Positions 53,387 to 59,390 of a DNA stretch of 64,000 nucleotides are shown piece by piece (positions within the stretch are counted from its first letter, which is position 1; each line of letters begins with the position of its first letter). The stretch is from Phycisphaerae bacterium (GTDB lineage Bacteria; Planctomycetota; Phycisphaerae; UBA1845). The DNA lies in NCBI GenBank assembly GCA_020056715.1, contig JAGVHG010000040.1, forward strand, positions 11,920 to 75,919. The letters are read 5' to 3'. Below the pieces are notes generated by a model. The model searched no databases, was not told where the DNA came from, and saw only the letters and a list, made by a program, of their open reading frames with translations. Made by a program: the position numbers and the translations under genes.

Positions 53387-55564
53387 GGAGATGGTGCGCA
53401 CAGCTTGCGAAACTGGTGGAAATCATTTCGAGGGTTCCTCACCGCGGAGGAAGTGCCGCGTTGGTTCGGCCTTTCCGTAGTTCTCATCTACGTCGTGGGA
53501 ATGGGGTCCATCGCCCAGTTCGGCATCGCCCAGGCGCGGCGGGAGACGGCGATCCGTTTCCAGATTGACAGCCAATACGCGGTCAAGCTCCTCGCCGATC
53601 GAATCGAGGCCATCGAGGGCGAGGGCGCAACCGACCCGAAGTGGTTGAGCGTCTGCCAACGAGCGCTGCGGGAGTTCGCGGCCAACGTCCCCGCCAAATC
53701 CGTTCGCGTTGTTGAAGGCCGTCCTCCGGGGCGGATCATCGCCTCGACCAACCCCACGGAAACCGGGACCAGTACCACTCCCGGCGCGCCGGGAGTGGCG
53801 CGTGGGGCGCGAATCGCGGCACACCAAACGCCCTTGAGTCCGCCTGCGGCGGAGGCGAGCGGATCAACCAAGGCATTGCAACCAGGCGGGCTGGAGATCG
53901 CAACGATTTCCTCGAACGGCTCCGAAACGCGGCATCGACTCCTCCGTGCGCCGCTCCACCGTATCCATCAGAGCCGGGAGTCCGCCGCAGGCGGACGACC
54001 GGAATCGACGTACGTGGACCACGCTGCCCAGGAGGCCAATCGGGTCGCTACCGCTCCCCGCTCTGATCAAGACGCCTACCTAGAGGTCATCCTGCCCTTC
54101 GAACCGGTCGAACCGACGAGTCTTGCCAACCAGGCGCGGATGCTGGCCATCGTCCTGGCCGTGCTCGGGGCGTTGTTTGTGGTCTATCGATGTTTGCGCG
54201 AACAGCTTCGCGGACTCTCCAAGATCGCCGGCCGTCTGGAATTGCATCGAGATCGGATTGAAGACGACCTCGCCTCCCTGCGGATCGGTGACGCACTCGA
54301 TGGAGTCACCGTGGGCTGGAATGAACTCGTTGACCTGACCGAGCGACTCCAAACTAGCGTTCAGCGGACCGAGGCCAACGAGGAACTTTCCAGCGTTCTT
54401 CAACGCACAGGCGCTGGGGCGTTGTCCGAAGCGCTCAACGCCGTCCCCGACGGGCTGATGTACATCTCCGATGAAGTTCGCTTCGAGTATCTCAACTCGG
54501 CGGCCCTGCGACTACTCGGGTGGAATGCGCCAGACGCCAACGTCAGCGGCGTGGCCCGTGAGCCACGCCGTGAGAGAAACTATCCGACCCTGATCGATGC
54601 CCAGGCGAACGGACTGGGCCTGAAGCTCTTGGAATTGATTCGCGGCGCCGCCTTGCCGGAGGGCGTTTTTGAAGCGCGGACCGAGGTGCTCGAGGCCGGC
54701 GACGCCGAGGCCCACGACCTCAGTACCTACCGTGTGTGGCTGATTCCCTTGCAGCGCGCCCGTCACCACGGCGAGTGCGTCGTCGTCATCCGTGATGTGA
54801 GCCAGCAGTTTCGCGCCGACCGTGCCCGCGAGGAATTCATCGCCCAGGTGACGCACGAACTACGCACGCCGCTCACCAACATCCGGGCGTATACGGAGAC
54901 CCTTTCCAGCGGCATGTTCGAGGACCCCAAGGTCATCACCGAGTGCTACAACGTGATCACCAAGGAGACCCGCCGGCTGTCGCGTTTGGTGGAGGACATT
55001 CTGAGCGTTTCGCAGTTGGAGGTCGGCTCGATCGAGCTGCACGTGGACAGCGTTGACCTCAAGGTTTTACTGAACGACGGCGTACGCGACGTTCGGGGCC
55101 TCGCCGATGAGAAAAACATCGACGTCCAATTGGTCTTGCCCGCAAAGCTCGAACCGGTCCGCGCCGACCGCGACAAGCTCGCCGTGGTCATCAACAACCT
55201 CCTCGGCAACGCGATCAAGTACACGCCCGCCAACGGTAACGTGATGGTCGGCTGTCAGGTCGCCGCCGACGTCGTGGTGCTCACTTTCAAAGACAACGGC
55301 ATCGGAATCGACCCCTCGGAGCACACCAAGGTCTTTGAGAAGTTCCAGCGCGGCAGCAACCCGGAGGTGCAGAGCGAGTCGGGCACGGGTATCGGTCTCT
55401 ACACGGCCCGCGAGATCGTACGTCGTCACGGAGGGGACATCGAGCTGCTCAGCGAAAAGGGCAAGGGTTCGACCTTTATGGTGCGCTTGCCGCATCGCGA
55501 GAGCCGCGCCGCCGCCGTCAGCACCAACTCCCGTGAGAGTTGGGGCGGTCAGTCCGCGGTGTAA
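53378..55564 (+). CDS. sensor histidine kinase (two TM helices, repeat-colonised extracytoplasmic region, PAS, HisKA, HATPase_c)
   Basis: H-box FIAQVTHELRTPLTNI, N-box NNLLGNAIKYT, G1 DNGIGI, G2 GTGIGLYTAREIV. TM helices FGLSVVLIYVVGMGSIAQFGI and MLAIVLAVLGALFVVY. The start is uncertain (TTG 53378, TTG 53405 or GTG 53453). Confidence 0.88.
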   Translation: MPRGDGAHSLRNWWKSFRGFLTAEEVPRWFGLSVVLIYVVGMGSIAQFGIAQARRETAIRFQIDSQYAVKLLADRIEAIEGEGATDPKWLSVCQRALREFAANVPAKSVRVVEGRPPGRIIASTNPTETGTSTTPGAPGVARGARIAAHQTPLSPPAAEASGSTKALQPGGLEIATISSNGSETRHRLLRAPLHRIHQSRESAAGGRPESTYVDHAAQEANRVATAPRSDQDAYLEVILPFEPVEPTSLANQARMLAIVLAVLGALFVVYRCLREQLRGLSKIAGRLELHRDRIEDDLASLRIGDALDGVTVGWNELVDLTERLQTSVQRTEANEELSSVLQRTGAGALSEALNAVPDGLMYISDEVRFEYLNSAALRLLGWNAPDANVSGVAREPRRERNYPTLIDAQANGLGLKLLELIRGAALPEGVFEARTEVLEAGDAEAHDLSTYRVWLIPLQRARHHGECVVVIRDVSQQFRADRAREEFIAQVTHELRTPLTNIRAYTETLSSGMFEDPKVITECYNVITKETRRLSRLVEDILSVSQLEVGSIELHVDSVDLKVLLNDGVRDVRGLADEKNIDVQLVLPAKLEPVRADRDKLAVVINNLLGNAIKYTPANGNVMVGCQVAADVVVLTFKDNGIGIDPSEHTKVFEKFQRGSNPEVQSESGTGIGLYTAREIVRRHGGDIELLSEKGKGSTFMVRLPHRESRAAAVSTNSRESWGGQSAV
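53776..53797. repeat. perfect 22-nt palindrome, sharing a 19-mer with 56558-56576
   Basis: cactcccggcgcgccgggagtg. The 19-mer tcccggcgcgccgggagtg recurs in the HD-GYP gene. Both are read in the same frame as PGAPGV. Confidence 0.75.
53820..53859 (+). repeat. composite hairpin module inside the kinase ORF
   Basis: cac accaaacgc ccttga g tccgcctgcggcgga ggcgag. Translated as HQTPLSPPAAEAS. Confidence 0.8.
53969..53998 (+). repeat. 30-nt module variant (CAG-N9-[tccgcc-gca-ggcgga]-CGA) inside the kinase ORF
   Basis: cag agccgggag tccgccgcaggcgga cga. Same head, tail and total length as the canonical modules. Confidence 0.6.
54044..54070 (+). repeat. short dispersed repeat (family G variant) inside the kinase ORF
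   Basis: 24 of 27 positions identical to the intergenic copy at 28101-28127. Confidence 0.6.
54544..54573 (+). repeat. 30-nt hairpin module inside the kinase ORF
   Basis: cag cggcgtggc ccgtga gccacgccg tga. The 9-bp stem is perfect. Read as SGVAREPRRE. Confidence 0.8.
55519..55548 (+). repeat. 30-nt hairpin module inside the kinase ORF 3' end
   Basis: cag caccaactc ccgtga gagttgggg cgg. 8 of 9 stem pairs. Read as STNSRESWGG. Confidence 0.78.
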
Positions 55565-55572
55565 CCGGGCGG

Positions 55573-55618
55573 CAGAACCAATCCGTCGGTCTGCGGATGG
55601 GTGTTGGTTCGAGTTTTT
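55573..55618 (+). terminator. CAG-hairpin-CGAG element followed by T5 between the kinase and receiver genes (weak terminator or attenuator candidate)
   Basis: cag aaccaa-tccg tcggtctg cgga tgggtg ttggtt cgag ttttt. This is a 10-bp interrupted stem with an asymmetric bulge. The T-run begins 4 nt after the stem. Confidence 0.3.
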
Positions 55619-55629
55619 GGGATCCGAAT

Positions 55630-56025
55630 ATGGCCAAGATTCTTATTGTCGATGATGACGCCCATATCGTCCGCGTCCTGTCCATGTGGCTGGGTCGGCA
55701 CGGCTACGACGTGGTCACGGCGCGCAACGGCGAGGCGGCTTTGGCGACGCTGGATCGCGAAGAGGTCGACATGATCATCTCGGACATGAACATGCCGGGT
55801 CTGGACGGGGTCGGACTGGCGAAGGCGGTTCGAGCGAAAAGCGGCCCCACGATTCCCATTCTCATGTTGACGGCCCGTTGCGATCAGGAACGTCTCAGTG
55901 AACAGCTTGCGGCGTATGGTGTCCGCGTATACCCCAAACCGTTCCTCCCGTCGCAGTTGGTAGTGGAAATCAACTCCGCCTTCGGCGGATTAGGCGTCGC
56001 CGCCAGTGAGGGTTCGGTATCATGA
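55630..56025 (+). CDS. single-domain CheY-like response regulator
   Basis: MAKILIVDDDAHIVRVLSMWL...VDMIISDMNMPGLDG...PKPF. 131 aa. Its stop forms an ATGA overlap with the next gene. Confidence 0.88.
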   Translation: MAKILIVDDDAHIVRVLSMWLGRHGYDVVTARNGEAALATLDREEVDMIISDMNMPGLDGVGLAKAVRAKSGPTIPILMLTARCDQERLSEQLAAYGVRVYPKPFLPSQLVVEINSAFGGLGVAASEGSVS

Positions 56026-57521
56026 CTCGTCCAAAAAAACAGCATGCTGTTCCGACTTCTCCCGGCGCCCCGGCGACGTCCAAGATCGAAGCATCAGACG
56101 CACGGCCCGTGAGCCGTGCGGCGAGGGAAGGCCCGAAGATCGAAGAACCCGACCGTTTGGGCCTTCGATCTTTGATCTTTGATCTTCGATCTTCGGGTGA
56201 CCTGACCGCGTTGCTGCCGGCTCTGTCGTCGTCGGTCGAACAGTTGATGACCGAGCACCAGGGCATGGCCGACGAATTGCTCTGCCTGTACGAACAGCTC
56301 GGCATCATCTTTGAGATCACCCGCAAGCTCGCCGGGGTTCATAACGAATCCGATGTTCTCGACCTTTTTCTAATCAGCCTGCGACGCAGTTTTGAGGAAC
56401 GGACCGTCTTTGCCGCCCACAGCCGCCCCCGCGGATGGGTGTTGGAAGGGAAACGCGACCGTCATGCGAGCCGACCGGGAAGGGAGGGTCCAGATGGGAG
56501 CGGCGACACGATGGTGGTCAATGAATGGTTGCGCGGACTGCTCGACCGTGCCGCGAATCCCGGCGCGCCGGGAGTGATCGTCGAATCGGCGTTGCCGGGG
56601 GCCATGCCCGGCGCTATCGCCGAGGCCATGATCGCCCCGGTGATCTCCGGCGACGCCCTTGTCTGCTCCCTCGTTCTCCTCCGCACCGAAAAGACGCCTG
56701 CGTTCCGGGCGAGTGAGATGATGTTGATCGAGTCCCTCACCACCTTCTGCGGCGACCTGATCCGCAGCCATCGGCTGGTGCGCGAGCTTCGCGAGATGTC
56801 TCTCACCATGGTGCGGGCCTTGGTCAACGCCATCGATCAGAAGGACGAATACACCTGCGGTCATTCCCTGCGCGTGGCGTACTACGCCACGACGCTGGGT
56901 CAACACCTCGGCTTGGGTGAGGTCGATCTCCAGATGCTCCAGTGGGCCGCGCTCCTCCACGACGTGGGGAAAATCGGGATTCGCGACAACGTCCTTAAGA
57001 AGGAAGGCAAGCTCACTCCCGAAGAGTTCGGGCATATCCAGGAACACCCCGTCCGCAGCCACAAGGTCGTGCAGGAAGTTCCGCAGCTTCTCCGAGCGTT
57101 AGACGGCATTCTTCATCACCACGAACGATACGACGGCTCCGGATACCCCGCAGGGCTGAAGGGGGAACAGATCCCGTACCAGGCACGGATCATTCAGATC
57201 GCCGATGTGTTTGACGCTCTGACCTCCAACCGCTCTTACCGTAAGGCCTTCGACTGGCAGCGGGCCTTAGGAATCCTTCAAGAAGAGGCCGGCAAAACCG
57301 TCGACCCGTGTTTGCAGAAGATCTTCGACACCCTCATCCGCGAGACGCTGAAAGACGAGCCGATGGCATGGGAACGCATGGTCGAACACGCCAACCGTTT
57401 CATGCAGGGTCTGGATGCTCCCGACGACCGAGAGTCAGACGACGCGACCGTCAGACGACGCGACCAAGGCGGGAGCGTCCGGGCGCCGGGAGTCGGCGGA
57501 AATAGAAGGAGAATGACATGA
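56022..57521 (+). CDS. HD-GYP domain protein (predicted c-di-GMP phosphodiesterase) with a GAF-like N-terminal region
   Basis: HSLRVAYYA, LLHDVGKIGI, HHERYDGSGYP. The first ~75 codons consist of repeat elements. An alternative start at ATG 56247 would leave them intergenic. Confidence 0.85.
   Translation: MTRPKKQHAVPTSPGAPATSKIEASDARPVSRAAREGPKIEEPDRLGLRSLIFDLRSSGDLTALLPALSSSVEQLMTEHQGMADELLCLYEQLGIIFEITRKLAGVHNESDVLDLFLISLRRSFEERTVFAAHSRPRGWVLEGKRDRHASRPGREGPDGSGDTMVVNEWLRGLLDRAANPGAPGVIVESALPGAMPGAIAEAMIAPVISGDALVCSLVLLRTEKTPAFRASEMMLIESLTTFCGDLIRSHRLVRELREMSLTMVRALVNAIDQKDEYTCGHSLRVAYYATTLGQHLGLGEVDLQMLQWAALLHDVGKIGIRDNVLKKEGKLTPEEFGHIQEHPVRSHKVVQEVPQLLRALDGILHHHERYDGSGYPAGLKGEQIPYQARIIQIADVFDALTSNRSYRKAFDWQRALGILQEEAGKTVDPCLQKIFDTLIRETLKDEPMAWERMVEHANRFMQGLDAPDDRESDDATVRRRDQGGSVRAPGVGGNRRRMT
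56082..56197. repeat. family B inverted-repeat element with a nested 30-nt hairpin module (56095-56124)
   Basis: Perfect 14-bp arms cccgaagatcgaag (56132-56145) and cttcgatcttcggg (56184-56197). The nested module is cag acgcacggc ccgtga gccgtgcgg cga. Confidence 0.78.
56558..56576. repeat. palindromic 19-mer shared with 53779-53797
   Basis: tcccggcgcgccgggagtg, identical in both genes. Confidence 0.75.
57434..57480 (+). repeat. family E element (16-bp tandem duplication plus a 27-mer shared with pilM)
   Basis: gtcagacgacgcgacc occurs twice (57434-57449 and 57450-57465). gacgacgcgaccaaggcgggagcgtcc (57454-57480) is identical to 63580-63606. Both are read as RRDQGGSV. Confidence 0.8.
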
Positions 57522-58915
57522 CGCTGACACTTCTATTGCCGTGGTTTCCGATCCTCTTGGCCGTCGGCGTCGGCGGACGGTTGTTGGGGCGCAGTCGCGG
57601 CTTCGCCCTCGGCCTGGTGTGCGGGATGTTTTGGATCGTCTTGGTTCAGGCAACCGCCGGAACCGGAGTGTGGAGGCAGCCGTGGGTGGTCGTGACCATG
57701 CTCATCGGCGCCGCGGCGATTTTTCTGATTGGCGGGTGGGCCGGTTCCGCCGAAGGCGGACCGCTCGACGATCTCGCGCCCATCCGAACCCGGAGCGCAA
57801 GCGACGGGTCAAGACCCCGCGCTGGCGCTTGGGGTTCGGATTCCACGGAGCGCTCCTCCGATGAGACGACGATCGCCCTCGACCGGTTCGCAACCGTGAT
57901 CCAGCAGTTCGACGACTGGCTTGTCGAACACCGCGACGATGCCGACCCTTGGCCGTTGTTCGGCGAGTTCATTCGCGGCGCCCTGTATCAATGTTGCAAG
58001 GCGACGCACGTAAAACCATTTCGCTTACTCAGCGAAGGCGAAGAGCTGACGCCGCTCCAATCGTCCCGGTTGGAGCCGGACCCATTTACGGAAGGTAGGC
58101 GAGTTTCCGCTCGGCAGGGGATTCTAGGTCATGTGGTTACGAGCGGTCGATCCTACGTAGAAGGCGACCGGACCCAGGGTGAGCTGATCGAGCAACTAGC
58201 CCAGGCCTGCCCTGAACCGATCGTGTGGTGCTTCGCCATCACCCAAGGCACCCAAAGACTCGGTGCGGTGACGGCGGGTCAACTGGACATCGTTCCCGCA
58301 GACAACCTGGCGCTGCTTCGCGCCGTCGAACAACTTGTCTCGCAATGTTGGTGCCTGCTCGCTGAAACGGTTCACAGCCGCACCGCCGGTCAAGATGACC
58401 CAGGCTCGGGACTCTATAACCGGACCGCGTTCCTCCAGGTCGCAGAGCAATCGTTGCGCGAATCGTACGCTCAAGGTGAACCGGTGGCGATCGCCGTGAT
58501 CGTCGTGGAAGGGATGCGCGAGCTGAACGACGCCGGAAGATGGGAGGTCGCCGATGAACTGGTCCGCGAAGTCGCCGACTCCCTACGCCGCAAGATTCGC
58601 ATGGATGACCGCCTCGGGCGTTTCGACGGTTCGCGTTTCATCTGGCTGCTACGCCGCGTAGACGCCGAGTTGGCGTCGCTGATTGTCAAGCAAGTGATAT
58701 CGCGTCTGACGACGTTGTGCGGCGACCGTAGCCGATGGTCCGCCTCTGGCGGAGCGATCACTGTGCGTTGCGGCGTGGTCGGTAGCGGTACCGGTAGTAG
58801 AAACCCCGACCTCCGCACGCTGGTCTCCCATGCCTTGGTGCAGTCTCGCCGTGCAAGGCTCGAACATGTGACCATCGCCGGCGAACTGGACGCGGCGGAA
58901 ATGTCGAAACGCTGA
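57518..58915 (+). CDS. membrane-anchored GAF-GGDEF protein with a degenerate active site (DGSRF) and an intact RxxD I-site
   Basis: Two N-terminal TM helices and a GAF-like middle region. The GGDEF-fold pattern is GLYNRTAFLQVAEQ...VAIAVIVVEGMRELND...RKIRMDDRLGRFDGSRFIWLL. It has an ATGA overlap with the HD-GYP gene. Confidence 0.8.
   Translation: MTLTLLLPWFPILLAVGVGGRLLGRSRGFALGLVCGMFWIVLVQATAGTGVWRQPWVVVTMLIGAAAIFLIGGWAGSAEGGPLDDLAPIRTRSASDGSRPRAGAWGSDSTERSSDETTIALDRFATVIQQFDDWLVEHRDDADPWPLFGEFIRGALYQCCKATHVKPFRLLSEGEELTPLQSSRLEPDPFTEGRRVSARQGILGHVVTSGRSYVEGDRTQGELIEQLAQACPEPIVWCFAITQGTQRLGAVTAGQLDIVPADNLALLRAVEQLVSQCWCLLAETVHSRTAGQDDPGSGLYNRTAFLQVAEQSLRESYAQGEPVAIAVIVVEGMRELNDAGRWEVADELVREVADSLRRKIRMDDRLGRFDGSRFIWLLRRVDAELASLIVKQVISRLTTLCGDRSRWSASGGAITVRCGVVGSGTGSRNPDLRTLVSHALVQSRRARLEHVTIAGELDAAEMSKR
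57782..57841 (+). repeat. family F 60-bp palindromic element inside the GGDEF-protein ORF
   Basis: Perfect 10-bp termini atccgaaccc / gggttcggat. 53 of 60 positions identical to 62570-62629 inside pilM. Read as IRTRSASDGSRPRAGAWGSD. Confidence 0.85.
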
Positions 58916-58970
58916 AACACCGAAACGCCGAAATTTCGGCTTTTCCCCATTTCGGCGTTTTCGCATTTGG
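58897..58970. repeat. family A ~74-nt palindromic element between the GGDEF gene and the STAS gene
   Basis: ggaaatgtcgaaacgctgaaacaccgaaacgccgaaatttcggcttttccccatttcggcgttttcgcatttgg. It covers the last 6 codons and the stop of the GGDEF gene. Confidence 0.85.
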
Positions 58971-58977
58971 ATAGCCT

Positions 58978-59313
58978 ATGAAGATCGAACAGCAACAGGT
59001 CGGAACGGTGGATGTCTTCACCCCCATAGGGCCTCTGGTGGACCAGGACGGAGAGACCTTTTCGAAGGCGCTCCTCACCAGGGTGAAGTCGCCCAACCCC
59101 CGCATCGTGTTGGCCATGCAGGAAGTCCCCTATGTAGACAGCAATGCTCTGGAGGGCTTACTCACCGCCACTGATGAACTCAACGAACGCGCCTCCAGCC
59201 TCAAGCTGGCCACCGTTACCCCGACCTGTCGGGAGATCTTCGAACTGACCGGATTGTCGCCACGGTTTCGTTTCTTCAAAGACGTGCAGGACGCGGTGAA
59301 GAGCTTTTTGTAG
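58978..59313 (+). CDS. STAS-domain protein (anti-sigma-factor antagonist / SpoIIAA-like)
   Basis: 111 aa. The pattern VDVFTPIGPLVDQD...LAMQEVPYVDSNALEGLL...LKLATVTPTCREIFELTGL matches the STAS fold, with the conserved Ser in YVDSNALEGL. Confidence 0.82.
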   Translation: MKIEQQQVGTVDVFTPIGPLVDQDGETFSKALLTRVKSPNPRIVLAMQEVPYVDSNALEGLLTATDELNERASSLKLATVTPTCREIFELTGLSPRFRFFKDVQDAVKSFL

Positions 59314-59386
59314 GAGAAAGCGGAAACGCCGAAACACCGAAACGCCGAATTTTCGGCTTTTCCCCATTTCGGCGTTTTCGCATTTA
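59313..59386. repeat. family A ~74-nt palindromic element between the STAS gene and the ATPase gene
   Basis: The 55-nt core (59331-59385) differs from 58914-58968 at one position. Confidence 0.85.
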
Positions 59387-59390
59387 GCCG

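Noticed and set aside
53268-53480. Short ORFs spanning family A elements (53268..53480, 53278..53568, 58471..58995, 58649..58966, 59158..59367)
   Set aside because: Their 'conserved' peptides (GKSRNFGVSVF and similar) simply reflect translation of the same palindromic DNA repeat. They have no independent coding signal.
51378-59386. Possibility that the dispersed repeats are a CRISPR array
   Set aside because: There is no regular repeat-spacer periodicity. Several unrelated families are interleaved with genes, copies lie inside ORFs, and no cas genes are in the window.
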